64,000 nt of DNA from an uncultured Clostridia bacterium (GCA_947623725.1 CANQHI010000002.1:7296-71295); one strand, 5' to 3'. Shown: positions 40,119-51,106, counted from the first letter of the stretch. Numbers and translations: made by a program. Notes: generated by a model not told the origin, from the sequence alone.

Positions 40119-41124
40119 CTCTAAAGATATCGGTATAGATTTAGGAACAGCTAATATTTTGATTACTTTAAAAGGTAAAGGTATTATTTTAAGAGAGCCT
40201 GCGGTTGTCGCAATAGATCAGGGCTCAGGAGATATTGTTGCAACAGGAAAAGAAGCTAAGGAAATGCTTGGAAGAACACCTGAAAATATTAGAGCTGTTA
40301 GACCTATGAAAGATGGAGTTATAGCAGACTATACGGGCACAGGATTAATGCTTAAAAATATGCTAAGAAAAGTTTGCCAAAAATATAATGTAGGAAAACC
40401 AAGAGTTGTTGTTGGAGTTCCATCAGGAATCACTGAAGTTGAAGAAAGAGCAGTACAAGAAGCTTTTTTGCAAGCAGGAGCTAAGGAAGTATATTTAATA
40501 GAAGAACCGATGGCAGCAGCAATAGGAGCAGGTCTTAATGTACTCGAGCCAAATGGAAAAATGATTGTAGATATTGGTGGAGGAACGACGGAAGTTGCAG
40601 TTATATCTCTTGGAGGAATTGTTGTGTCAACATCAATAAAAACAGCAGGTAATGCAATAGATGAAGCAATAATAACCTATTTAAAAAGAAAAGAAAATAT
40701 AGTAATTGGCCAAGCAGCAGCAGAAAATCTTAAGGTAGAACTAGGCTGTGCAATGCCACTTGTTACAGAGATAACTAAAGAAATAAGAGGAAGAGATGTA
40801 GATGTCGGACTTCCAAAAAATATAGAAATATCATCAAAACATATTGAAACAGCTATGGAAAAACCAATATCAGAAATAATAGATGCAATAATTAATACAT
40901 TGAGTATGACTCCACCAGAGCTTGCATCAGATATTTTACAAAATGGAATTTATTTGTCTGGAGGAGGAGCTTTAATAAGAAATTTAGATAATTTAATTAC
41001 TCAAAAAACTGGAGTAAAAACTTTTGTTGCCGATTCTCCTTTAGAATGTGTGGCTATAGGAGCAGGAAAAACATTAGAAAATTTTGAAAAAATGAAGAAA
41101 ATAATTTTGAGAGGGAGGAATTAA
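40099..41124 (+). CDS. mreB: Rod shape-determining protein MreB
   Basis: Actin-fold motifs IGIDLGTANI and DIGGGTTEVAVIS. Confidence 0.92.
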   Translation: MRMLDFSSKDIGIDLGTANILITLKGKGIILREPAVVAIDQGSGDIVATGKEAKEMLGRTPENIRAVRPMKDGVIADYTGTGLMLKNMLRKVCQKYNVGKPRVVVGVPSGITEVEERAVQEAFLQAGAKEVYLIEEPMAAAIGAGLNVLEPNGKMIVDIGGGTTEVAVISLGGIVVSTSIKTAGNAIDEAIITYLKRKENIVIGQAAAENLKVELGCAMPLVTEITKEIRGRDVDVGLPKNIEISSKHIETAMEKPISEIIDAIINTLSMTPPELASDILQNGIYLSGGGALIRNLDNLITQKTGVKTFVADSPLECVAIGAGKTLENFEKMKKIILRGRN

Positions 41125-41939
41125 TGAAAAGTAGCAAAACTAGCTTTATTGGAATAATTATTACAGTAATAGTTTTAGTCATTATGGTTGTAATGTCAAA
41201 TTTGGGAACATCACAAATGTATATGGCTCAAACAGCAGTTAGTAAGCTATTTATGCCACTTCAAAACGGTTTCATTTTTATAAAAAATAAATTGACTGGT
41301 AATGACCAGGAAATAAGTGATATAGAAAATTTAAAAAATGAAAATTCAGGGTTAAGAGAAGAAAATACAAAACTTAAGGAACAAGTTAGAGAGTTAGAAA
41401 TATTAAAATCAGAAAATAATACACTTAAGGAATATGTGAATTTAAAAAATAAATATGCAGATTATGAAACAGTTCCAGCAAATGTTATTGAAAGAAGTTA
41501 TAGTAATTATGACAAAATAATAATAATAAATGCTGGAAAAAGTGATGGAATTGAAGAAAATATGCCTGTTATATCAGAATCAGGTTTAGTTGGAAGGATT
41601 TTATCAGTTACAGATAAGACTTCAAAAGTACAAACTATAATAGATACTGCAAGTACAGTAAGTGCAACTATTTCAACATCAGAAGAAAGTATCTTATTAA
41701 AAGGAACATTAGCAGATGATAAGAATTTAAAAGCTACATCAATTCCTGTTGAAGCAAGCATTCTGCAAGGAGATGATGTTGTTACATCAGGACTTGGAGG
41801 GATATTTCCTAAGGGAATTTTAATAGGAACAATATCACAAGTTGTAAATACTAAAAATGAATTAGACAGATATGCAACAGTCAATCCTGCAACAGATTTT
41901 TCAAAATTAGAAACTGTGTTAGTTATTACTAATCAATAA
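41124..41939 (+). CDS. mreC: Rod shape-determining protein MreC
   Basis: N-terminal TM, coiled-coil (LREENTKLKEQVRELE), C-terminal beta domain. Start overlaps the mreB stop. Confidence 0.85.
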   Translation: MKSSKTSFIGIIITVIVLVIMVVMSNLGTSQMYMAQTAVSKLFMPLQNGFIFIKNKLTGNDQEISDIENLKNENSGLREENTKLKEQVRELEILKSENNTLKEYVNLKNKYADYETVPANVIERSYSNYDKIIIINAGKSDGIEENMPVISESGLVGRILSVTDKTSKVQTIIDTASTVSATISTSEESILLKGTLADDKNLKATSIPVEASILQGDDVVTSGLGGIFPKGILIGTISQVVNTKNELDRYATVNPATDFSKLETVLVITNQ

Positions 41940-42065
41940 TTTAATTCAAATTAAAAATAGTGATTACTGTTAATCTATAAATTAATAAAAATAGCTATTA
42001 TTACTAATAAATTAAAGTATATTGTTGCTAATGAAAATTATAAATAAAAAGTAAAGGAGAAAAAA

Positions 42066-42599
42066 TTGAAAAAGACAAAGGGCATATTAATTATAGTATT
42101 GATATTCATATTATTATATTTTTTTCAAATAAATTTTTTCTCATGGTTTACAATTAGAGGAGTAAAACCTAATTTATTTGTTATATTATCATTATTTATT
42201 GGATTGTTTGCAGGTAAAAAAATTGGAGGAATATTTGGGCTGATATTTGGAACTATTTTAGATATATTAGTAGGAAAAAGTATAGGATTTACAGGAATTC
42301 TTCTTGGAGCAATTGGGCTTTTAGGAGAAATTTTTGATAAAAATTTCTCTAAAGATAGTAGATTAACAATAATTTTAATGACAGCAGGAGCAACTATTGT
42401 TTTTGAAATATGTATGTATATTATAAATATTATAAAATTCAAATTGGAAGTAGAAATATTTGCATTTTTTATAATATTACTAGTTGAAGTCGTTTATAAT
42501 GTGATGATAGTAATTATTTTGTATCCATTAATGAAAAAAATAGGATATTATTTAGAAAATATATTTAAAAATAAAAAATTATTAACAAGATATTTTTAA
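42066..42599 (+). CDS. mreD: Rod shape-determining protein MreD
   Basis: Polytopic small membrane protein immediately after mreC. TTG start with AAGGAG RBS. Confidence 0.65.
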   Translation: MKKTKGILIIVLIFILLYFFQINFFSWFTIRGVKPNLFVILSLFIGLFAGKKIGGIFGLIFGTILDILVGKSIGFTGILLGAIGLLGEIFDKNFSKDSRLTIILMTAGATIVFEICMYIINIIKFKLEVEIFAFFIILLVEVVYNVMIVIILYPLMKKIGYYLENIFKNKKLLTRYF

Positions 42600-42690
42600 A
42601 ATAAAAAAATATTTACAAGATATAAGAAAATCAATAATTGTAAAATATTAATAGATTATATGGATTTAATGAAAATTTTGTGGGGGAATA

Positions 42691-44748
42691 ATGAGAGAAA
42701 AGAAAGATACTAAATTAAGATTTAATATTCTTATTGCAATAGTTTATATTATGGGTATTATTTTGCTTGTTACATTATTCAATTTGCAAATTGTTCATGG
42801 TGAAGAATATAGAGAAACATCAAACACAAGATTGACAAGAGAAAAAACAATTACCGCAACTAGAGGAAATATTTTAGATTCAACAGGTAACAAATTAGTA
42901 TCCACAAGTATGTTATACAATGTGGAAATCTATAAGACAAAAATTGATAATGATACATTAAATAATACACTTTTATTATTAGCAAAAACTCTCGAAGAAA
43001 ATGGTGATAGCTATATTGATGATTTTCCAATAAAAATAAATCCTTTTGAATTTAAAAATATAGATGCAGATGCTTGGAAAAGTGCAAATAAAATAGATAG
43101 TAATGCTGATGCAGAGGCTTCATTTAATTTCTTTAGAGAAAGATATAAAGTAAAAGCCGATAATGATGAAGATGCTAGAAGAATAATTACTTTGAGATAT
43201 TTAATAGAAAGAGATGGCTATAGTAATACTAAGTCAGTAATATTAGCAAAAAATATTAGTAATATAAGTTATGCTAAATTTAATGAGATGAGTTCTGAAT
43301 TTCCTGGAATTAGTACTTATACAGAACCAACAGTTTTATATCCATTAGGAGAATTGGCATCACATATATTAGGATATGTAGGTCCAATTTCACAACCAGA
43401 ATTAGAAGCAAATCCAGATTATAATCAAAATGATATTATTGGAAAAACAGGAATAGAGAAAGTATTTGAAAAATATTTAAAAGGAAAAGATGGAATAAAA
43501 CAGATAGATATGTCTGTTGAAGGTTTAGTTACAGATGAATATATTTCAGAAGAAGCAGTAACCGGAAGTGATATAGTTTTAACAATACAAGCAGATTTAC
43601 AAAGAGTAACAGAAGAAGCCTTAGCAAAAGACATACAAGACATGCAAAATGGAGTACTTAGTGATGCAAGAAATGCTAATGAAGGTGCAGCCGTAGTTGT
43701 AAATGTAAAAACAGGAGAAATATTAGCAATGGCAAGTTATCCTAATTATGATCCTTCATTATTTACAGATGGAATAAGCCAAGCAAATTGGGATAATTAC
43801 TTAAATGATGGAAGGCACCCTTTAGTTAATAAAGCAATTTCTGATAAATCTGCACCTGGTTCAACCTTTAAATTAGTAACAGCAATAGCAGGATTAGAAA
43901 GTGGAGCGATTGACTTAAATACAAAAATAAATGACACTTATAGATATACGTATTTTAAAGATTATCAACCTACATGTTGGCAAAGAGGTGGACATGGATG
44001 GCAAAATGTTGTGCAAGCTATAGAACACTCTTGTAACTATTTCTTTTATGAAACAGGAAGAAGAGCAGGAATTGAAAAACTATCAGAAGTTGCGAAAGCT
44101 TTTGGATTAGGACAAAAAACAGGAGTTGAATTACCAGATGAAATAGCAGGAACACTTTCATCACCAGAAGTAGATAATGAATGGACTGGTGGAAAAACTA
44201 TACAAACCGCTATTGGACAATTATATAATGATTTTACACCTTTACAAATGGCAAAATATACAGCAATGCTTGCAAATGGTGGAAAAAATATAGATGTAAC
44301 AATAATAAAATCTATTAATAAAACAGATGGCACACAAGTTTCAAGAAATGAAATAGATACTTATGTAAGTGAGTTACTTCAGAAAAACGAAAATAGTGGA
44401 AGTGATTTGGAATTAAGTCCAGAGATTATGGCAGCAATTAGAGAAGGTATGAAAGGGGTTACTAGTGATGATGCCGGAACAGCATATTCATATTTTAGAG
44501 ACTTTAATATTCAAGTTGGTGGTAAAACAGGATCTGCATCTACAAATAATGGAACTAATGCGTGGTTCGTAGGATTTGCACCATTTGATGATCCTGAAAT
44601 AGCAGTTGCCGTATATGTAAAAGATGGTGCACATGGAGGATCAACAGCACCAGTAGCAAGAGCAATCTTTGCTCAATATTTAGGAATGAATGCATCTCAA
44701 ATAACTGAGGACACAACAGTTTCGTCCTATATGCAAACTATAAGATAA
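42691..44748 (+). CDS. mrdA: Penicillin-binding protein 2 (elongasome transpeptidase)
   Basis: N-terminal TM. Transpeptidase motifs STFK, SCN and KTG. mreBCD-pbp2 synteny. Confidence 0.85.
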   Translation: MREKKDTKLRFNILIAIVYIMGIILLVTLFNLQIVHGEEYRETSNTRLTREKTITATRGNILDSTGNKLVSTSMLYNVEIYKTKIDNDTLNNTLLLLAKTLEENGDSYIDDFPIKINPFEFKNIDADAWKSANKIDSNADAEASFNFFRERYKVKADNDEDARRIITLRYLIERDGYSNTKSVILAKNISNISYAKFNEMSSEFPGISTYTEPTVLYPLGELASHILGYVGPISQPELEANPDYNQNDIIGKTGIEKVFEKYLKGKDGIKQIDMSVEGLVTDEYISEEAVTGSDIVLTIQADLQRVTEEALAKDIQDMQNGVLSDARNANEGAAVVVNVKTGEILAMASYPNYDPSLFTDGISQANWDNYLNDGRHPLVNKAISDKSAPGSTFKLVTAIAGLESGAIDLNTKINDTYRYTYFKDYQPTCWQRGGHGWQNVVQAIEHSCNYFFYETGRRAGIEKLSEVAKAFGLGQKTGVELPDEIAGTLSSPEVDNEWTGGKTIQTAIGQLYNDFTPLQMAKYTAMLANGGKNIDVTIIKSINKTDGTQVSRNEIDTYVSELLQKNENSGSDLELSPEIMAAIREGMKGVTSDDAGTAYSYFRDFNIQVGGKTGSASTNNGTNAWFVGFAPFDDPEIAVAVYVKDGAHGGSTAPVARAIFAQYLGMNASQITEDTTVSSYMQTIR

Positions 44749-44813
44749 ATATAAATTGTTATTATTAGTGTAACAGGAATAAATAGTTAGTTATTCTCAA
44801 TTCGATAAAAAAT

Positions 44814-44842
44814 TTGACAAATATAAAAAATAACTGTATAAT
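44814..44842 (+). promoter_or_regulatory. Consensus sigma-A promoter TTGACA-N17-TATAAT driving a short plus-strand RNA
   Basis: TTGACA 44814-44819, 17-nt spacer, TATAAT 44837-44842. Confidence 0.55.
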
Positions 44843-44849
44843 TAAACAT

Positions 44850-44937
44850 AGAAAATGAGAGCCACAGAAATGTGTGCTACCATAAAAATTAGGTAAAACA
44901 CCACAAAGCTTGGCAGAGCATATGTGGTGCTTTTATT
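44850..44937 (+). ncRNA. Candidate ~90-nt sRNA (putative type-I antitoxin-like RNA) ending in the shared terminator
   Basis: Consensus promoter immediately upstream. Terminator hairpin CACCACA / TGTGGTG plus CTTTTATT. Only a 13-codon ORF. Its 5' end is homologous to the 5' UTR of the opposite-strand peptide gene. Confidence 0.4.
44899..44937. terminator. Bidirectional terminator shared by the convergent sRNA and small-peptide transcripts
   Basis: 7-bp stem CACCACA / TGTGGTG with a 17-nt loop containing AAGCTT. T-runs on both strands. Confidence 0.55.
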
Positions 44938-45049
44938 ATTTGCTCAAAATTACTACTATTGCAATAATCAAGGCAAATGCTATAATAGTCATTCCTACTA
45001 AACCGTAGAAAAGTAAGTATATTATTAATAACATAGCTTGTTCTACCAT
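44936..45049 (-). CDS. 37-aa hydrophobic single-TM peptide (type I toxin-like): MVEQAMLLIIYLLFYGLVGMTIIAFALIIAIVVILSK
   Basis: GGAGGTGG RBS 6 nt upstream of ATG (45049). Hairpin CACAG-tttttac-CTGTG immediately 5' of the RBS. 17-codon uORF in the leader. Not in the ORF track (<60 aa). Confidence 0.45.
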   Translation of the reverse strand: MVEQAMLLIIYLLFYGLVGMTIIAFALIIAIVVILSK

Positions 45050-45260
45050 ATAGCACCACCTCCATTCTCACAGTAAAAACTGTGTATGTAAAGTGGTAGC
45101 ACTCACACTGCTTATTCTCATTTCCTATGTTTACCAATATACAACATTATTAGATAAAATACAAGCAAACAGAACAAATTTTTGAAACAAATTTATATTT
45201 TACTTTTTATGGTTTGACATATTATATTTACTATGAAACATTTATAACATAATTAAACAA

Positions 45261-45300
45261 AATCGCTTAATGTCATATAAAACATAAAGCGATTTTTTAG
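45261..45300. terminator. Hairpin terminator (AATCGCTT / AAGCGATT)
   Basis: 8-bp stem with T/A runs on both sides. Likely terminates minus-strand gene 45443-46006. Confidence 0.4.
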
Positions 45301-45442
45301 TTATTTAATAAAAGTAAAAATAAAATAATGTATAAAAATTTTTCATGCACATTTTCAATATATAAGAAAAAAAGTAGTGCAATAATAAGTAAGTCATCAG
45401 AGTATAATTTAAAACCAAAAATATCTATTTTTCCATCATTAT

Positions 45443-46006
45443 CTAATATTTTTGATCACCACCAAAAGAGTTAAATAACTGAGTCATTTTACCCATTTTT
45501 ATTAGTTTCATATATTCATCAAGTTTCTCTTTCTTTGTGTCCCTAAGATAAGGCTTTAAAGACATAAGAAGTTTACTCATGTCATCATCATTACTACTTT
45601 TCATCTGAGACATTATTTTTTGAATTTTCATCATAGTTTCGATATCTATATCAGGCATTTTAGTTTCTGAATTATCTGAATTAAAATTAGTAGAATCGTT
45701 GAAATTGTTTGAAGTATTAGAAGAGTTTGAATTAATCGGTTTATTATAATTGTTTCTATTACTTGTTGCATTATAGTTAGAATAACCTTTACTATTGGCT
45801 GTATTATAGTTAGAATAGCCTTTATTATTAGTCATATTATAATTAGAATTGTTATTTTTTATATTTGTATTTTTTTGAGAACTAAAATTGTTAGAGTTAG
45901 AATTTTGAAAATTATTAATAAGTGTTTTTATATCGTCAGGAATTTGATTATTTTGAATCATAGATTGAGCTTTTTTTATCATTTCATTCATATCATTATC
46001 ATTCAT
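45443..46006 (-). CDS. Asn/Ser-rich low-complexity protein with internal NKGYSNYN repeats
   Basis: RBS AAAGGAA. N/S-rich middle (NKGYSNYNTANSKGYSNYNATSN). Conserved-looking charged C-terminal helix. Confidence 0.5.
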   Translation of the reverse strand: MNDNDMNEMIKKAQSMIQNNQIPDDIKTLINNFQNSNSNNFSSQKNTNIKNNNSNYNMTNNKGYSNYNTANSKGYSNYNATSNRNNYNKPINSNSSNTSNNFNDSTNFNSDNSETKMPDIDIETMMKIQKIMSQMKSSNDDDMSKLLMSLKPYLRDTKKEKLDEYMKLIKMGKMTQLFNSFGGDQKY

Positions 46007-46358
46007 AATATGTATATTCCTTTCTTTATGAATATTAAAAAAGAGTAATACAAATTTATATATAATTATTATATGAAAAAAAACTAAAATTGTTACTAAT
46101 TTTTAATAAAATATTACTTTGATATTTCTTACGCAAGCACGTTTTTGAATTGAAAATAAAGCAAAAAATCTCAAAAATTGCTAACAAAATGTAATATAAA
46201 TTTAATATTATAATCTTGAAATGTCTTTCCGTAAAGGCTTATAGATAATTTTAAAAAAGTATGTATTGAAATAATTTTATTTGTATTTTAGTATTACTGT
46301 AATTAAATAGCTTTTATTATAAATAAATATATAAGCAATTCGTCAGTGGGAGGAAAAT

Positions 46359-49300
46359 ATGAAAAGAAGCCAAAAGATTTTTAATAAACTTACATCATCA
46401 ATTATTTCAATAGTTTTAATTGGTTCAAATTTTGCACCGGTATTATCTTATGCTGCTAACCAAATAAATCAAAATGAATCAAGTGATGAAATAATGTTTG
46501 ACGTTTCAGTCAATGATGAACATTCTTATACAGCTACTTTAGAAGAAAAATTAATGCTTAAATTTGATCTAGCAGTACAAGATGGTGGGTATATTAAAGA
46601 TGGAACAATTTCTATAAGTGATGAAAATTACAAAATTGGTGAAATCGAAAGCAATGTATATGAAGAAGATAATAATAATATAAATCAGACTAATTCGGAA
46701 ACAATAGAAATTGGACAAGTAAATAGTGATAATCCTCTTAATTTTGAATTGCCAATTGAATTTGAAAAACAAGATTTAATGAACTTAGAATATTTTAATA
46801 AAAATAGTAAAGTAGAATTAGTGGCTAATTACATTAATAATGATGGAGAAGAAGAAAAAATCTCTAAAGAAGTTAACCTAAATATAAAATGGGATGAAGA
46901 AGCAGAAGGATATATTAAACAAGAATTAAAAAGATATTTAAAATATGACAACAAAACATTAGTTAGTTTCTTAGTAACAGATGGAATGCAAGATAATAAA
47001 TTGCCACAGTTAAGTAAGATTACTCAAGTACTAGTTCCAAAAATAGGAGAATATGAACCAAGCAAAATAATTGTTACAGGTGAATATTCAGATTATATTT
47101 ATGAAAATCAAGTACTTGCAATAAAGAGTGCTGAAGAATTTACATGGAATTCTGGTAATGAATATTTAGTTACATATATATATGATAATCAAATGGATGA
47201 AACAACATTATCAACAATTGCATTAAGTCAAATAAAAACTGTAAATGATAAAACAATAGAAACAAAAACAGATGTAATGTCATATGAAGTAAAAGATGAG
47301 ATAGGAAATTTATTAGAAACTAATATTATAGGAACAGACGAATTAAGTAAAGGATATTTATATACAAACTTAAATAGAGAAAATAAATTGGATACATCAT
47401 TTGAGCAAACCTATCAAATTAATATAGGATTAGTTGATTTTCTAGATGAAATTAAAGTATCTGAAAATGAAAATAATACAGTAACTAGAAAAATAACAAT
47501 TGATAAAGAAGAATTAATAAAAATTTTAGGTGAAGATGGAAGTATAAAAGTTTTAGACAAAGATGGTATTGAACTTGGAATTTTAAATAAAGATAATTTA
47601 GAATTAAATGTTGATAAAAATAGTTTACAGTATATTACTAGTAAGCCTGTTAAAGAAGGAAATATAAATGTTAATTTAACTAAAGTAATAGATCCAAATA
47701 TGGAATATACAAAAGAATCACTTGCAGAATTAAATGAAATAGAAAACAGCATAGATATAATAGGTAATTATCAAGGAAATGAAATTTCAAATAATCATTT
47801 AGAAAAGAAATTTAACTTAGTTGAACCATCTTCAAATGCAACAATAAGTATTAATCAAAGTGATTTATCTACAGTTATAAAAAATGAAGATATAGTTATA
47901 ACTGCTACACTAGAAAGAAATGATATTTCAGATGCATTATATACAGATCCAGAATTATTAATCACTTTACCAGATCAAATAACTAGTATAGATTTAAAAG
48001 ATGCAAAACTTTTATATGAAGATGAATTAAAACCAGCAGATTTTAAAGCAGAAGGAAATAAAATATATTTAAGATTAGAAGGAACTCAAACGGAATATAG
48101 TTCAATTCCTACAGCAAATGGTTCAGTTATAAAGATAGTTGCAGATTTAGGGTTGGATAATCTAGCAGTAAATGCTAATGAGAAAATTACGTTAGAATAT
48201 ACGAATCAAGCAAGAAATGAAATAAAAGCAGTAGAAACACCTATTCAAATAGTTGCTCCTACAGGTTTTGTTACTGCAAATTCTGCTATGCAAGCAAAAA
48301 CTTCAACAGCAATAAATAGCGATGAAGTATTTCAAATTGCCGCAAATGATGTTGAAAAGCAGATTACTTTAAAAGGAACAGTTGTTAGTAACTTAGAAAA
48401 TAATGGAACAGGAGTATTAATACTTGGAAGAATACCAGCTCAAGAAACAAAGTCAGTCGATGGATTAAATAATGATTTAGGATCAACATATATAACAAAT
48501 ATAAAATCACCAATTTCAATAGAAGGAATTGATGCAGATATTTATTATTCAGAAAATGGCATGGCAAGTTATGATTTATCAAATGTAGACAATGGCTGGA
48601 CACAAGAATGTATCTCAAGTGCAAAATCTTATCTAATAGTAGTAAAGTCAGAAGTTGCTCCTGCACAAAGGATAGATTTTACTTATGATATAAATGTGCC
48701 AAGCAATATTGATTATGAAAATAGTGCTGTTTCAATGTTTGCAGTATATTATGACAATAATGAGAATTATAAAAATATAATTGTATCTAAAAAGATAAGT
48801 ATTGATACAGAAAATATTCCTATCATAAAAACTACAATTACAGCTAATGATTTTTATTCAGGAGATGTAATTAATTATGGAGATAATATAAGTTTAGGAA
48901 GCTATGTAAGATATATAATTAATGTAGCTAATGAAGGAAAGCAAGCAGCTGAAAATGTAAGAGTAAAAATAGCAATTCCAGAAGAATGTGGAGTATTTTA
49001 TGAAACTTATGATGAGGAGTTAGATTATTATGATTCATATATAGATACCAGTGCAGAAACAATAAGAGAAATAGAAAAAATTGAACCAGGCGAAACAAAG
49101 CAAGTAGAAATAATATTGTATATACCTACAACAATAAATGTAGGAAGTACAATAGTAATAAGACCAGAAGTTACAGCAGATAATATGGCAGATATGAGTA
49201 CAGCAATATATGAAAACACTTTATCAGAAGGAAAAATAAGCCTAAAAATGTCCACTACTTTATTAAAGCAAGATAAAGAAATAGGAGATGAAATATCATA

Positions 49301-51035
49301 TGGATTAGAAATAGGAAACAATAGTAAAGAAATAGTAAAGAATCTAGAAGTAGATATAAATATTCCTAAATATATAGAAATAAAAGATAGTGGAGAAGGG
49401 GAATATGATCAAAACGAAAGAATATTAAGATTTAGAATAGATGAAGTAAATATAGTAAAATATTTGAATTTTAAAGCAGAAGTAGTAGGCTCAGATGAAC
49501 CAAATCAGGAGATATCGATAACGGCAGTAGGTAGGTATAATAATGAGGAAATCAAATCAAACACAGTAACAAAATATGTAAAGGATACAAAAGGTATTAA
49601 TGTAAATATAAGCAGTAATATAGAAGGTAGAATGATAGATACAGATACAGTAGAATATTACATAGAAGTAGAAAATGCATCAAAAAAAGAAGCAGAAATC
49701 AGCATTTATGATAATTTACCTACAGAATTAAAAATAGAGAAATACATGGTGAGAAATGGAAACAAAGTAACGGAAGAAAATGTATCAATATCACCAAATA
49801 TAATAGAAAAAGTTGAAGCAGGAAAAAGTATAAAAGTAACAATAGTAGCTAAGCCATATAAATTAGACTCAGTAGGAGAAATAAAAGAAATTGAAAATAA
49901 GGTAACAGTAAAAGTAAATGAACTTGAAATAGGAACAAATAGTATAAAGCAAGAAATTGAAGGAACATCAAATTTTAATACAGAGATTGCAGAAGAAGGA
50001 GAGATAAAAGAAGCAAGAAAAACATATAGTATAAGTGGAAAAGTATGGTATGACAAAAATAAAAATGGAAAACAAGATGATGAAGAAGGAATAGAAGGAA
50101 CAGAGATAAAACTATATGATGTAAATAAGTCAGAATATATAAAGGACGATGAAGGAAAAGAAAAAGTAATAAAAACAAAAGTTGATGGAGAGTACAATTT
50201 TGAAAACATACCAAAAGGACAATATATAGTAATAGCACAATATGATAATGATAAATATGTGATAGTAAATTATCAAGAAAAAGGCTTGAATGAGAATGAG
50301 AATAATGATTTTGTGCAAGCAGAAAAAGGAATAGCTATAAAGGAAGAAGACAAGGAAAGGACAGCAACTACAAATAAAATAACATTAGAAGAAAATAATG
50401 TGTATAACATAGATTTAGGACTAGAAGATAAAGATAACTTTTATATAACAGCAAATAATAAGATTACAAAGATAACTACATTAAATGGAGAAGAAAGCAA
50501 AATATATGAAGGAAAAGATATAGAAAAATCAAGGATAGATTTAGCAAAAAAAGAAAAGACAATAGCAATAATTGAATATACAATAGAAGTTAAAAACGAA
50601 GGAAATGTAGATGGTTATGTAAAAGAGATAAGAAATGAAATACCAAACGGAATGAAATTTATATCAGAATTAAATAAAGATTGGTATGAAAATTCAAAAG
50701 GAGAAGTAATAAATAGAAGCTTAAGTAATAAGCTCATAAAGCAAGGTGAAAAAGAAGAAATAAAATTAATAGTAACAAAAGAATTAAATGAAAATGATAA
50801 AGAATTAATTCATAGTACAGCAGAAATAAGAGAAACATATAATAAATATGGAATAAAAGAAATAAATGCTAAGGCAGGTCAAGTAGTAAAAGCAGATGGA
50901 ATAGCAGATGTATTAATAGTAAGAAGAGATGTATTAAAAGAAACACTCATAATAATTAGTTTATCAATAGGAATTATTGGGGCACTAAGTTTATTAGGAG
51001 TAGGAATATATAAGAGAGTAAAAGAGTATGTATAA
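46359..51035 (+). CDS. Giant surface protein (1,558 aa): signal peptide, DUF11-like and SdrD/Cna-B-like repeats, C-terminal TM anchor (no LPXTG)
   Basis: Signal peptide MKRSQKIFNKLTSSIISIVLIGSNFAPVLSYAANQ. B-type fold motif GKVWYDKNKNGKQDDEEGIEGTEIKLYD...DGEYNFENIPKGQYIV. C-terminal LIIISLSIGIIGALSLLGVGIYKRVKEYV. Confidence 0.75.
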   Translation: MKRSQKIFNKLTSSIISIVLIGSNFAPVLSYAANQINQNESSDEIMFDVSVNDEHSYTATLEEKLMLKFDLAVQDGGYIKDGTISISDENYKIGEIESNVYEEDNNNINQTNSETIEIGQVNSDNPLNFELPIEFEKQDLMNLEYFNKNSKVELVANYINNDGEEEKISKEVNLNIKWDEEAEGYIKQELKRYLKYDNKTLVSFLVTDGMQDNKLPQLSKITQVLVPKIGEYEPSKIIVTGEYSDYIYENQVLAIKSAEEFTWNSGNEYLVTYIYDNQMDETTLSTIALSQIKTVNDKTIETKTDVMSYEVKDEIGNLLETNIIGTDELSKGYLYTNLNRENKLDTSFEQTYQINIGLVDFLDEIKVSENENNTVTRKITIDKEELIKILGEDGSIKVLDKDGIELGILNKDNLELNVDKNSLQYITSKPVKEGNINVNLTKVIDPNMEYTKESLAELNEIENSIDIIGNYQGNEISNNHLEKKFNLVEPSSNATISINQSDLSTVIKNEDIVITATLERNDISDALYTDPELLITLPDQITSIDLKDAKLLYEDELKPADFKAEGNKIYLRLEGTQTEYSSIPTANGSVIKIVADLGLDNLAVNANEKITLEYTNQARNEIKAVETPIQIVAPTGFVTANSAMQAKTSTAINSDEVFQIAANDVEKQITLKGTVVSNLENNGTGVLILGRIPAQETKSVDGLNNDLGSTYITNIKSPISIEGIDADIYYSENGMASYDLSNVDNGWTQECISSAKSYLIVVKSEVAPAQRIDFTYDINVPSNIDYENSAVSMFAVYYDNNENYKNIIVSKKISIDTENIPIIKTTITANDFYSGDVINYGDNISLGSYVRYIINVANEGKQAAENVRVKIAIPEECGVFYETYDEELDYYDSYIDTSAETIREIEKIEPGETKQVEIILYIPTTINVGSTIVIRPEVTADNMADMSTAIYENTLSEGKISLKMSTTLLKQDKEIGDEISYGLEIGNNSKEIVKNLEVDINIPKYIEIKDSGEGEYDQNERILRFRIDEVNIVKYLNFKAEVVGSDEPNQEISITAVGRYNNEEIKSNTVTKYVKDTKGINVNISSNIEGRMIDTDTVEYYIEVENASKKEAEISIYDNLPTELKIEKYMVRNGNKVTEENVSISPNIIEKVEAGKSIKVTIVAKPYKLDSVGEIKEIENKVTVKVNELEIGTNSIKQEIEGTSNFNTEIAEEGEIKEARKTYSISGKVWYDKNKNGKQDDEEGIEGTEIKLYDVNKSEYIKDDEGKEKVIKTKVDGEYNFENIPKGQYIVIAQYDNDKYVIVNYQEKGLNENENNDFVQAEKGIAIKEEDKERTATTNKITLEENNVYNIDLGLEDKDNFYITANNKITKITTLNGEESKIYEGKDIEKSRIDLAKKEKTIAIIEYTIEVKNEGNVDGYVKEIRNEIPNGMKFISELNKDWYENSKGEVINRSLSNKLIKQGEKEEIKLIVTKELNENDKELIHSTAEIRETYNKYGIKEINAKAGQVVKADGIADVLIVRRDVLKETLIIISLSIGIIGALSLLGVGIYKRVKEYV

Positions 51036-51106
51036 AAAATGCAAAGGAAAAAAAGAATGAAAAGAATAGTGACGAATAAAAAAATACCAAAGAAAGGAGT
51101 CCAAAT

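Noticed and set aside
44889-45137. 82-aa minus-strand ORF from the track
   Set aside because: No RBS. It spans the terminator hairpin and promoter region. The embedded 37-aa ORF with a GGAGGTGG RBS is the credible product.
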